Part shown: piece after piece, positions 1 through 9,780 of the stretch
Layout of the letters: the number at the start of each line of letters is the position of its first letter
Position numbering within the stretch: position 1 is the first letter of the stretch
Origin: an uncultured Methanomassiliicoccales archaeon
GTDB taxonomy: Archaea; Thermoplasmatota; Thermoplasmata; Methanomassiliicoccales; UBA472
DNA length: 64,000 nucleotides
NCBI GenBank assembly: GCA_963695345.1
Contig: OY968769.1
Location: 1,088,001-1,152,000 of the forward strand
Direction of reading: 5' to 3'
The notes under the pieces: generated by a model
Databases searched by the model: none
What the model saw: only the letters and a program-made list of their open reading frames with translations
Told to the model about the DNA's origin: nothing
Made by a program: the position numbers and the translations under genes

Positions 1-108
1 TTCGTTCCTTCGCTGCCCAAGACCAGATCGGGCAAGATTATGCGCCGGGTGCTGAAAGCGAAGGAGCATGGACATCCAGTGGGGGACCTCTCCACCCTAG
101 AGGAGTGA
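1..108 (+). CDS. acs: Acetyl-CoA synthetase (AMP-forming), C-terminal end only
   Basis: Frame 1 reads [20 protein letters not shown]...[20 protein letters not shown] and GDLSTL are hallmark C-terminal ACS motifs. The gene starts before the window. Confidence 0.9.
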   Translation, partial: FVPSLPKTRSGKIMRRVLKAKEHGHPVGDLSTLEE

Positions 109-124
109 CCGGAACATACCGATG

Positions 125-195
125 GAGGGCTGGCGACCCTTCGCTCCAACAATAAAAATCAGTAACCATCGGAGCGTTCGCTGGCCCTCTCTTTT
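125..195 (+). terminator. Stem-loop plus U-tract after acs
   Basis: GAGGGCTGGCGA (125-136) pairs with TCGCTGGCCCTC (178-189) allowing G-U; inner stem CGCTCC/GGAGCG; followed by TCTTTT. Confidence 0.45.
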
Positions 196-486
196 CGCGC
201 AGCATATTGAACCGACCGATTGAATATCCATCCTTTTCAACGCGGATCAGGGCTTTCTTCTCAATCTGGACATGGACGTAGGCCTAAATCGCCCGAGCGG
301 ATTGGCTGGAAACAGGCGAGCGGAAGAGCGCCGAGAACAGGAGAACCAGAATATGAAGCTCATAGGAAGAAGGAAGACGGAAATGGAAGGAAAACGCCTT
401 GGATGGATATTCGCATTGCCACCTGCGCTAGCGGTCGCGACGCATGGTTCCTCCATTGGATGTACGTAACGTGGACCGGCCCAGGA

Positions 487-1911
487 TCACCCCGGGAGGA
501 TCTTCCAGACCTTCCCCGTGGTCCCGCTCGGACCCAGATTACCGGATGTCAGGACGAATAGCTCCCCGTCCCTCCCCATGCCAAAGCCCATGAGATAGCC
601 AGGCAGCTCGGTCGTGTTTACCGGAATGCCCGGAATATTCTCTCCAAGCTGGTCCTGGAATGAAGAGAATGTGAGAGCGGAGAACGTCCAATTGGCGCTG
701 CTCGGGTCTGTGATCCATATCACTGAATCCGGCCTCCAAAGGCCGAACACGTACCCTCCCTGGAACTCGGTCAGCGCCGAGCCTCGGTAGGCGTAGCCGC
801 CGATGACGGTCAGACCGGTGGAGGCGAACGAGCTGTGGGGCAGCGATATGATCGGGTCAACAAGCGGTTCCCCGATATATCCTGTGTCGCGGACGCAGGC
901 TGCCCCTTGGTTGGCCGAATTGGACCGGTCGAAGCAATGACCGTTCTCCTTTATCGGCCACCCGTAGTTCTTCCCCTTTTCCACCAGGAACACTCCCTCA
1001 TAGAGGCTCTGACCAGCATTGGCCACGAAATAGCTGCGGTTTTCGTCGGTATCGAACGTGGCAAAGGCTGGATTTCGGAACCCGTACGCGAAGATCTCAT
1101 CGCGGCCCGGCCCAGCTGTGAATGGGTTGTCGGATGGGATGCCGTAAGCGATGCTGCCGTTCGGGGAATCCACGGTCTCAGTAACGCCAACTGAGGAGTT
1201 CTGGTCGATGTCTATGCGAAGGATCTTGCCCAGGACGGTTCCCAGGTCCTGGCCGTTCCCAATCGCCGAATGGCCGATCCCCAGGTCGTTACCTCCGCCC
1301 CCATCCCCCATCGGCAGATAGAGGAACCCGTCCGGTCCGAAGCAGATATCGCCTCCGTTGTGGTTCGGGGAGGGATGGTTCGATCTCAGGATGAGGCGTT
1401 CGGTCGAAGGGTCGGCGACATCCGGATCGGCGGAGACCTTGAATTCACTGAGAACGTTGGTATGGTCCCATTGTGCCGGGGCGTTGGCGTCCAAAGGCGC
1501 GCTGTACCACAGATAGAACTTGCCATTGGCAGGATACAGCGGATGGAACGCCAGGCCCAGCAGGCCTCTCTCGTCATAGGATTGGGACAGGGCGACAAGC
1601 TCGCCGGAGATATCGATGAAAGGCCGGACGTTCGTGGTGCCGTTGGGAAGGACGACCCAGACCTTTCCTATCTGATCGACTACGAACAGCCTTCCCGAAC
1701 CGTCGGGTGGAGATACCGTCCTCAGCGGATGCGCAAACCCGTCGGCGACAAGCCTAATGGTGACGGTGGCGTTCGCATTGGTCTGGTTCGGCAGCGCTGA
1801 ATCATGTCCCGGGTTAAGGAGGATAATTGCGACTGTCGCGGCTGAGGCGATCACCATGACCGCAATGATCGTGATCGTGAATATCGCTCGCCGCTTCTCC
1901 TTCTTATCCAT
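487..1911 (-). CDS. Membrane-anchored PQQ-dependent sugar (glucose/sorbosone) dehydrogenase family beta-propeller
   Basis: Motifs ERGLLGLAFHP, NHNGG..FGPDG.LY..GDGG, GKILRIDID, AYGFRNP, NYGWP. N-terminal TM helix. Start moved to ATG 1911 (MDKKEK). Confidence 0.85.
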   Translation of the reverse strand: MDKKEKRRAIFTITIIAVMVIASAATVAIILLNPGHDSALPNQTNANATVTIRLVADGFAHPLRTVSPPDGSGRLFVVDQIGKVWVVLPNGTTNVRPFIDISGELVALSQSYDERGLLGLAFHPLYPANGKFYLWYSAPLDANAPAQWDHTNVLSEFKVSADPDVADPSTERLILRSNHPSPNHNGGDICFGPDGFLYLPMGDGGGGNDLGIGHSAIGNGQDLGTVLGKILRIDIDQNSSVGVTETVDSPNGSIAYGIPSDNPFTAGPGRDEIFAYGFRNPAFATFDTDENRSYFVANAGQSLYEGVFLVEKGKNYGWPIKENGHCFDRSNSANQGAACVRDTGYIGEPLVDPIISLPHSSFASTGLTVIGGYAYRGSALTEFQGGYVFGLWRPDSVIWITDPSSANWTFSALTFSSFQDQLGENIPGIPVNTTELPGYLMGFGMGRDGELFVLTSGNLGPSGTTGKVWKILPG

Positions 1912-2026
1912 GCTCCCGGGAAAGACCTGATCGCGACCTATATAATCAATCGGAAGGCGATGGTACTCGAGATGGGCGATAAGGGACGAACAATCGGTCA
2001 TGTATCAGCCGACCCATTCAGTTTGA

Positions 2027-2808
2027 TCAACAGAATTGGTGCTTGGGGTCGAACAGCGAGTCCTCCAGACTTCTGCCGGCGATAGCCTTGGCGATCCTAC
2101 GCGCCCCGTAGACGCTGCGCAAGATGCCTATTCCATTGCATCCCAGATTGTAGAATAGATTCGGGTTCTTTGGATCGGGACCGGCTGCCCTTACTCCTGA
2201 GCAGGTGAGGCCATGGGCGCATCCCAATGGGCGATGGCCTTCGTATCGATCCTCAATATCTCTGAAGCGAGATTATCGATGCGGGAATGCGCGATCTCAT
2301 CTAGCACATCCCGACGGCGATCGCCTTCGCAATTGAATTGAGGCCACCCGACCATGAGAATGGCAGTTCCCGGATCATTTCGCCAGGTGGTGGTGAAGAC
2401 GTAGGGCTCATCGGCGGAAGGCTGAACCTCCTGAAAGAACAGGCCGACCTTCTCCCCCTTTTTAGAGGGCCGATAACCGTTCATGAACCCGGTCACGCAC
2501 TTCAGATAGCCATCAGGTAGGAAATTGAGAGTGCCGGTCAGATCGGGGAGCGCATATCCGTTCGTGCATATCACCACCCGTTTGCATTCCACCTGCCCAC
2601 CATCGCACATGACCAACGGTGATCGGCCAGATTCCATCGTCAGAACCTTCGAGCCCTCAGGGACATGAAATCTTGGCGGGAATGTCCTGAGCATACCCTT
2701 TGCCAAACCCTCACATATGGCAGCGACATTGGCAATGCTGGTCCTGGCCACGGTGACCGCCTGGTAGCTCTCGTCCTTCGTCCCCGGCAGTTCCATTATG
2801 GTCTCCAT
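2027..2808 (-). pseudogene. FAD-dependent oxidoreductase (DAO-like) remnant, 5'-truncated and frameshifted
   Basis: Two overlapping ORFs (2191-2808, 2027-2227) with VVICTNGY and C-terminal NLFYNLGCNGIGIL. No N-terminal GxGxxG dinucleotide motif; in-frame TAA just upstream of 2808. Confidence 0.6.
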
Positions 2809-3082
2809 ATGAGCTTGGCTGGGTTATACGCCCCGGTCCCTTAGTTAGCAGTTCCAGCCTGAAGCGGACCGATCGATGGCTCGGTCGGAACTGAGCCCCT
2901 CTAACCAAGGGGACCTGTGCTCGCATAATTCCTGTTTTGAGCCCCGATTATTTGAAGCTGGTTCATGTTAACCGAGGTCCGCTTGCTAAAAGGCGCGGAC
3001 GCATCGACCGTTATTGCCATCCTCCATCAAGGATGATGAAGAAGAATTCCGGGCAGTCTCCCCCATAGCACTCTGCTGCCGT

Positions 3083-3559
3083 TCAGGTTTTATTCTTTTG
3101 CAGTTTCCGAATGTAGCATTGATGATGCTCTTCGGCCAACCAGAACCTTGAGGCGGGGAGGATCAGGGTGGATATTCGTCCGCGAAACCTCCCAGAGCCC
3201 TGGACTCGTCTCTTGGAGTCTTCCGCGATCGCCCTCTGTTCATCGGAATGAAAAAAGACCGCTGACCGATATTGGATCCCTGAATCGCCGTTGCCTTCTG
3301 GATCGACAACAGGATTGTGGGAGTTCCAGAAGACCTCCAGAAGTTCCTTGAAGGTTACCTTGTCGCGGTCGAATCTGATCTGCACGACCTCGATGTGATT
3401 GGTGTCGCCCGAGCAGACCTCCTCATAGGTCGGATATTCCATCGTTCCACCCATGAATCCAACTCGGATGGAATCGATACCATCGATCCCGTCGAATGAA
3501 ACCTCCGCGCACCAGAAGCAGCCAACGCCGAAGGTGGCCAGTCCCTCTCCATCGTCCAT
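3083..3559 (-). CDS. msrA: Peptide-methionine (S)-S-oxide reductase MsrA
   Basis: GCFWC active site, PTYEEVC, GIQYRS, AEEHHQ.Y motifs. Confidence 0.95.
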   Translation of the reverse strand: MDDGEGLATFGVGCFWCAEVSFDGIDGIDSIRVGFMGGTMEYPTYEEVCSGDTNHIEVVQIRFDRDKVTFKELLEVFWNSHNPVVDPEGNGDSGIQYRSAVFFHSDEQRAIAEDSKRRVQGSGRFRGRISTLILPASRFWLAEEHHQCYIRKLQKNKT

Positions 3560-3647
3560 CTCGATTGAAACTGAGTTGGATCGGCCTACTTATTAATGCC
3601 GCCAGATGTTTCGTCACGGACGATCCGGAGGAATGTTCCGCTGAGGA

Positions 3648-4763
3648 TCACACCAGGTTCTCTGGGTTAAGCCCCTTCAACTCCTCGATAACGAAAACCC
3701 CGTCCTTCCTGACCATCACATCATCGAAGTACATCTCGCCGCCGCCCCAGGTCTTGGTCTGGATCAATACGATGTCCCAATGGACCCGGGAATGGTTCCC
3801 GTTCGGCGCGTCGTCATACGAGTTGCCCGGAGTGAAGTGGATGGAACCGGCGATCTTCTCATCGAACAATGTATCCATCATCGGCTTGTTGACGTACGGG
3901 TTGAGCCCTATGGCGAACTCGCCCACATATCGTGCCCCTTCGTCAGTGTCGAATATCTTGTTCATGGCGGCAGTGTTGGATGATGTCGCCTCAACGATCT
4001 TGCCATCCTTGAACGTGAGCCTGATGTTGTCGAACACTTTGCCATCGTACAGCGACTTGGTGTTGTAATGGATCACGCCGTTGACGGAGTCCCTGACCGG
4101 CGCTGTGTAGACCTCTCCGTCCGGCAGGTTCAGTTTGCCGTCGCATTTGATCGGGGGGATGCCTTTGATGGAGAACTCGAGGTCGGTGTCTGGAGCGACC
4201 AGTCTGACCCGGTCGGTCCTCTTCATCAGACCGACCAATGGCTCCATCGCCTCCGACATCTTGTCGTAGTTCAGAGTGCAGGTCTTGAAGTAGAAGTCCT
4301 CGAAAGCCTCTGTGGACATCTCCGCCAGCTGGGCCATGGACGGTGTCGGCCAACGCATGACCACCCATCTCGTCCCGGGTATCCTCTGGTTGATGTGTAC
4401 CGGCCCCCACCAATATTTGGAATAGATCGCCATCTTCTCCGCCGGGACATCGGAGTTCTCGGTCACGTTGGAAGTCCCCCTCATCCCGATGTAAACCTGG
4501 GCCCGCTTCATCTTCTCCATTTCTATGTCGCCGATCACCTTCATGGCAGCCTCGCTCGTCCCCATGTAGATCTTCCGGAACACTCGTGGAGACTTCTGGG
4601 AAACGATCGGGATCCCGCCCGCCTGGTACACCCTCTCGACCAATACCTCGACCATCTCATCGGGGATGTTGAATGCCTCGATATAGACGACTTCACCAGC
4701 CTTCAGCCCGGTGGAATGACCGACAATGACATCTGAGAATTTGCCCATCCTTGGGTCGTACAT
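3648..4763 (-). CDS. Aminopeptidase, thermophilic metalloprotease family (M29)
   Basis: NLPDGEVYTAP, GEFAIGLN, LFDEKIAGSIHFTPG and HWD motifs. Confidence 0.9.
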   Translation of the reverse strand: MYDPRMGKFSDVIVGHSTGLKAGEVVYIEAFNIPDEMVEVLVERVYQAGGIPIVSQKSPRVFRKIYMGTSEAAMKVIGDIEMEKMKRAQVYIGMRGTSNVTENSDVPAEKMAIYSKYWWGPVHINQRIPGTRWVVMRWPTPSMAQLAEMSTEAFEDFYFKTCTLNYDKMSEAMEPLVGLMKRTDRVRLVAPDTDLEFSIKGIPPIKCDGKLNLPDGEVYTAPVRDSVNGVIHYNTKSLYDGKVFDNIRLTFKDGKIVEATSSNTAAMNKIFDTDEGARYVGEFAIGLNPYVNKPMMDTLFDEKIAGSIHFTPGNSYDDAPNGNHSRVHWDIVLIQTKTWGGGEMYFDDVMVRKDGVFVIEELKGLNPENLV

Positions 4764-4825
4764 GGAGGAATGAGAGACAAATGGCGGTTATTAATAACCT
4801 GGTAAGCCCTGAGAGAAGCGGATTC

Positions 4826-5233
4826 TCACTTCTTGTCCTCGATGAAGTGCATGGCTCCCGAGTTCATGCAGTAACGCTTTCCGGTCGGCCTCGGCCCATC
4901 ATCGAACACGTGTCCCAAATGACCTCCGCAGCGCGCACACTTGACCTCTTGCCGGACCATTCCATAGCTGCGGTCGATCTTGGTCTCCACGTGGTCGGGA
5001 ACTATGGGCGCCCAGAAACTCGGCCATCCGGTCCCGGAGTCGAACTTGGCGTCCGATGAGAACAGTTCCAGCTCACAGCCGGCACAGGTGTACACCCCTT
5101 TCTTCTTGTTGTCATGATACTTATTGTGAAATGGAGGCTCGGTCCCTTCCTCACGCAGCATATGATACTCATCAGGAGTGAGGATCTTGCGCCATTCTTC
5201 ATCGGAACGTTTTATCTTTTCGACCATGGGCAT
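4826..5233 (-). CDS. msrB: Peptide-methionine (R)-S-oxide reductase MsrB
   Basis: Two CxxC Zn motifs, KFDSGTGWPSF, HLGHVFDDGP, RYCMNS. Confidence 0.95.
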   Translation of the reverse strand: MPMVEKIKRSDEEWRKILTPDEYHMLREEGTEPPFHNKYHDNKKKGVYTCAGCELELFSSDAKFDSGTGWPSFWAPIVPDHVETKIDRSYGMVRQEVKCARCGGHLGHVFDDGPRPTGKRYCMNSGAMHFIEDKK

Positions 5234-5400
5234 CGAGAATCATTCAGGCAGCCGCGTTTATAATAACCTTCCCGATTGGCGAAGGAGGCCCGGCGGGCAA
5301 TACCCTGACCTATCGGATGTCTGATTGCAGGAACGGGCCGTTGCGACTCATATCTCTTCGATCATCTGCCGGTGGCAACTCCAGTGACTATTCAGATCGT

Positions 5401-5782
5401 TCATCCCGTCATCGTCGTGTTCGGATAGGCCTGCATGGCACCGAAGATGTTGCCCTCCGTGTCCTGGAAATATACCATGACCCCGACCTTGGGGATCTCC
5501 AACTTCGGGACCAGTATCCTGCCGCCATTCTCGGTTATCTTCGCAATGGTGTCATCAATCGAGGCGACCATGATCGTGCTTATGACTGATTGGGGGAGCT
5601 GTTGTTCGAGTTTGAATCGCGCCGTCTATGCCCGGTTCTGCTTTTTCCCCGGCCGTGACCAGCCAGTAATCCATGCTGCTGTCCCCGTACTTCTCGTATT
5701 TCCAGCCGATCACCTTCTCATAGAATGCCATCGCCCGTTTCGGGTCATCGGCCTTGATCTCGAAATGCATCACCTTGGGCAT
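5401..5782 (-). pseudogene. VOC/glyoxalase family protein with one frameshift (possibly a sequencing indel)
   Basis: N-half HFEI..DDP.RA..FY. Removing one base from the G5 run at 5592-5596 restores PQSVISTIMVASIDD...GG.IL.PK.EIP.VG...YFQDTEGNIFG, ending at TGA 5401-5403. Confidence 0.75.
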
Positions 5783-5931
5783 TTTCTAACCTCGCCCATA
5801 TGGTTTGAGCGTTGGTCATTTATTGAATACCTAAAGATAATGAACAGGAATCTTCCCCGCACCGTTGATCGGGATGGCATAACATCTCTGGAACAAAAGG
5901 GGAAGAAGGCGTTTATAATCCAAAGAGCCGT

Positions 5932-6339
5932 TCACATCCACTCGTAGGCGGTGGATTTGAATTCCATCATGTTACCCTCGATCTCGTTTATTACGATGAT
6001 GGAGTTGATCCAGGCATACTTTTCTGACTTGGACATGAAGGTCATGACCATTATCCCCCTAATGACGCCCTTGTGGCGCTTGGAGTGCCCGGTCCCCTCC
6101 CAGACGATGGTTTCGTTGTCCTGGGTCGTCATCAATCCCTGCCACGTGCCATGAGCCTTTTCATCCATTCCGATCCAGATGGTCCCAGTTCCCATGATCA
6201 TGCCGCTCGGGAACTTTCCCACTCCCATCAGGTCAGAGTTGAATGATTGCTTCATGACGACCCCGTTGGCGTCGATGGATTCCACCATGGTCATCGTCAT
6301 TTTGCCCTTTTCTTCGAATACCTTTTCTCCCATAGCCAT
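5932..6339 (-). CDS. Hypothetical protein (beta-rich, archaeal type)
   Basis: Clean ORF, probable start MAMGEKVFEEKGK, ends AYEWM. No recognised family. Confidence 0.65.
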   Translation of the reverse strand: MAMGEKVFEEKGKMTMTMVESIDANGVVMKQSFNSDLMGVGKFPSGMIMGTGTIWIGMDEKAHGTWQGLMTTQDNETIVWEGTGHSKRHKGVIRGIMVMTFMSKSEKYAWINSIIVINEIEGNMMEFKSTAYEWM

Positions 6340-6780
6340 GCTAGGACCTCGAAATAAATGTTCGATGCGGCCGATATTACTATTTTGTACGCAACAATCT
6401 CGAAATTGGTGGGCATCGGTCAAGGAAAGAAAGTGTCCGCGGCGAAATTGCGTGGTATTAGAGCGGTAATGGCGTTCTAGACGATTTCGAAGTATTCACA
6501 TGGGAATAGCGACTTGGATCGGATACCACAAGGGCTTGGTCCCGGTTAGGATTGTTGAAAATTTCTCATGAATGGAACCATTGGCCAATATTGACAACGA
6601 TCGGTGTCGTGGTTTCTCAATGCGATTTTCGCGCTCACAATATCTAGATTGTCACTCGTTTCTAGTCGTCTGAAATCAACAAATGGCTCATATGTTTCGT
6701 GACAGTCAGAGAGCAAGAGATATTACGTCCTTTGATGTTCAACCTGACCAAAGGCAATTGCCGGTGGGAGGCGATGGGAA

Positions 6781-9747
6781 TTGATATTCGATCGGATCGC
6801 AAGCGGTTTGACAAAGCATTACAAGAAGGTCCTAATAGTCTGGGTGATAGCCCTGCTGGTCTCTGTTCCGGCCATGATGCAAGTGAACAGCGTGGTCCAG
6901 TATCAGGAATCCCAGATGGCTTCGGGTAGCTACGAGTCCCTGAAGGCCCAGGATGTCATATCGCAACAGTTCCAGAGCTCGGTCTCCAACGGCACGATCC
7001 TTGTGGTGATACAATCGAACGATGTCACCGACTCCGCTTCCAGGGATTTTGTCCTTGCACTTCAACAGGCGATAGCGGCCTCTAAGGACATTCGGTTCCT
7101 GGAGAACGTGACCTCAGCCTATTCGGCTACTGGTCTCATGATGGACCAGGTGGTTCTGCAGCTAGGTCCGGCCATGCGTCCGGCCGAAGCGCAGGTCAAC
7201 ATGAGCGCGTTCCTCCTCTACGGCATACCGGCGGTCCATATGTCCACCTGGGTCCAGGTCCATGTCGCCAATCCATCGCTGAACGTCACCGACACCGATG
7301 CCCTGACGTTCAATCAGACCAAGGCGTACCTCGACGCCTATCTTCAAACTGTGGACCCTCAGACCAGCGCCTTGGCATACCAGTACTACTTCTCCATAAC
7401 CAACGTCTGGAACGGCACCTCGTCTGACCTGACCTTGGCGGCCGACCCCATCGCCCGGATCAATTACTGCATCACCAACGTGGCCCCGGGGTTCATAGCA
7501 GCCCTGCCATCACCAATCACCGAAGCCCAGAAACAGGTCATGTACGCAGTACTGGCATCCTTCGATCTGGAATCGTTCTCTAACCAGACCGCGGTCCACG
7601 GGTTCATGCTGGGGATGATCGGCGGGATGGCCGGCGTCACCAACATGACCTACCTGCAGGCCATCTATGACCTCGGACCGACATACCAGCAAGCGGCGGT
7701 ACACGCCTTCAATGAGAAGGTGATCAGCTCCGGTACGCTCGCCACCTACCCGATCCAGCTCCCGGACCAGCTGCTCAGCAATCTGGTCGCGCCGAACAAC
7801 AAGACCATGCTTTTCATGGCCACCTTCACGGTGACATCCGCCTATACCGAAAGCACCGGAGTGAAACCTCTGGTACAGGATGTCAACCTCATTCGTGACA
7901 TCATCTCCCAGATAAAATCCGAGACCGGGGCGACGGTTACCGTCTACGTGACTGGAGACGCGGCTATTTCGTCGGACATGGAGTCCAGCTCCATGAATGA
8001 TATGGCGATCATCGAACCTCTCACCATCATCATCATAATCGTCCTTATGGGGGTGCTCTTCCGGTCGGTCGTGGCGCAGTGGATCCCCCTCGGGGCGGTA
8101 GGCGTGGCGCTGGGGGTCAGCCAAGCCCTGGTGTTCGTCATCGGCTCCCTGGTGGCCAATATCCAGTACACAGTCCTGACGATGCTTTTCGTGGTGCTGA
8201 TGGGTGTGGGCACGGACTACTCCATCTTCCTCATGACCCGTTATCGGGAGGAACGGATCAAGGGGGCGACACGGGAGCAGGCCGTTCACACCTCGGTCAC
8301 CTGGGCGGGCGAATCCATCGTGACCAGCGGAGCCACCGTCGTGATAGCGTTCTTCGCGATGGGGCTTTCGTCCTTCTCAATGGTACAGACGATGGGTCTC
8401 GTGCTCGGCATGGCGATAGTGGTCGCACTGCTCGTGGCGCTGACCTTGATACCGTCATTGCTGATGCTCCTGGGCAACAGGATATTCTGGCCTACCACCG
8501 GGGACCGGTGGAAGAGGTTCACGGAGAAGACCATGCAGAAAAGGAAGGATGGCAGGCACGGTTATTTCCACCGGGCGGCAAAGTTCTCGGTCCGCCATGC
8601 CAAGGTCATCCTTGTCGCATCCGCCCTGGTCTCCGTACCGGCCACCTATCTGTATCTCACCACCGAGACCAGTTTCGATTTCATTGGCAGCATGGGCACG
8701 TCCGAAAGCACCACCGGTATGAATGCCATGTCCGCTGATTTCGGTGCCGGAAGGATCATGCCGACGGATATCGTGTTCGCCGGAAGCATTGTGGTCTACA
8801 ACGGGACCAACTTCAACATGGCCTATCTGGATGCCATAGAGAACGTCTCCAAGACGGTGGCCGGCAATTCATTGGTACAGCAAGTCACGGGCCCGACCCG
8901 ACCCTACGGTACCGCAATAGATTATCATAACATATCCTCGCTGCCTGCGGAGACCCAGGCACAGACGGTCCAGGCCATGCTCCAGAGCGTGGGAAAGGAC
9001 AACAGGAGCGTTCTCCTCACCGTCGTGCTCAAGGATCAGCCAATGGCGGCGAAATCGGTCAACCTGATGCCGACCCTGAGGAGCGAGGTTGCCCAGCAGA
9101 AATCCGTCGAGCCCTTACTGGCCGGCACCAGCATCATGGTCGGTGGCTCCACCGCGGTGATCTATGACCTGAGCATGCAGATGAACGAACAGTTCGGGAC
9201 CATCGAACTGCTCGTGGTCATCGGCATCTTCATCGTGCTGATGATCGTCCTGGGCTCCCTCCTGCTGCCGACGTTCGCGGTCATCTCCATTGCCATGAGC
9301 ATCTCCTGGTCCTTCGCCGCCACGTCCCTGGTCTTCGGAACATGGCTGGACAAGCCCATCCTCTGGATGGTGCCGTTGATCCTGTTCATAATGCTGATGG
9401 GCATAGGCATGGACTACAACGTGTTCATCCTGACCCGCATCCGGGAAGAGGTGCACAAGGGCAAGGATACCAACGAAGCGGTGGTTGACGCGGTCGACTG
9501 GACTGGAGGCATCATAACGGCATTGGCCCTGATAATGGGCGGTGCTTTCGGTTCCATGATGCTTTCCAGCAACACCATGCTGCAGGAGTTCGGATTTGCA
9601 CTGGCCTTCGCAATACTGGTGGACGCCATGGTGGTCCGTACCTACATCGTCCCGGCGGCCATGTCGCTGATGGGAAAGCGTGCCTGGTGGGCGCCAGGCA
9701 GGTTGCAGAGGGAAGGCCGCCAGGAGAAGTCGGAAAAACAGGAATGA
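6781..9747 (+). CDS. MMPL/RND family transporter
   Basis: 988 aa, two TM bundles with GVGTDYSIFL..RYREE and GIGMDYNVFIL.RIREE. TTG start with upstream GGGAGG. Confidence 0.92.
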   Translation: MIFDRIASGLTKHYKKVLIVWVIALLVSVPAMMQVNSVVQYQESQMASGSYESLKAQDVISQQFQSSVSNGTILVVIQSNDVTDSASRDFVLALQQAIAASKDIRFLENVTSAYSATGLMMDQVVLQLGPAMRPAEAQVNMSAFLLYGIPAVHMSTWVQVHVANPSLNVTDTDALTFNQTKAYLDAYLQTVDPQTSALAYQYYFSITNVWNGTSSDLTLAADPIARINYCITNVAPGFIAALPSPITEAQKQVMYAVLASFDLESFSNQTAVHGFMLGMIGGMAGVTNMTYLQAIYDLGPTYQQAAVHAFNEKVISSGTLATYPIQLPDQLLSNLVAPNNKTMLFMATFTVTSAYTESTGVKPLVQDVNLIRDIISQIKSETGATVTVYVTGDAAISSDMESSSMNDMAIIEPLTIIIIIVLMGVLFRSVVAQWIPLGAVGVALGVSQALVFVIGSLVANIQYTVLTMLFVVLMGVGTDYSIFLMTRYREERIKGATREQAVHTSVTWAGESIVTSGATVVIAFFAMGLSSFSMVQTMGLVLGMAIVVALLVALTLIPSLLMLLGNRIFWPTTGDRWKRFTEKTMQKRKDGRHGYFHRAAKFSVRHAKVILVASALVSVPATYLYLTTETSFDFIGSMGTSESTTGMNAMSADFGAGRIMPTDIVFAGSIVVYNGTNFNMAYLDAIENVSKTVAGNSLVQQVTGPTRPYGTAIDYHNISSLPAETQAQTVQAMLQSVGKDNRSVLLTVVLKDQPMAAKSVNLMPTLRSEVAQQKSVEPLLAGTSIMVGGSTAVIYDLSMQMNEQFGTIELLVVIGIFIVLMIVLGSLLLPTFAVISIAMSISWSFAATSLVFGTWLDKPILWMVPLILFIMLMGIGMDYNVFILTRIREEVHKGKDTNEAVVDAVDWTGGIITALALIMGGAFGSMMLSSNTMLQEFGFALAFAILVDAMVVRTYIVPAAMSLMGKRAWWAPGRLQREGRQEKSEKQE

Positions 9748-9780
9748 ACCGCACCTAAGTTTGACCGGAGCCCGGACCGG

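Noticed and set aside
5592-5596. Programmed frameshifting or phase variation at homopolymers (VOC gene, thioredoxin-like gene)
   Set aside because: The runs are short, with no slippery heptamer plus stimulator evident. Sequencing indel or decay is more parsimonious.
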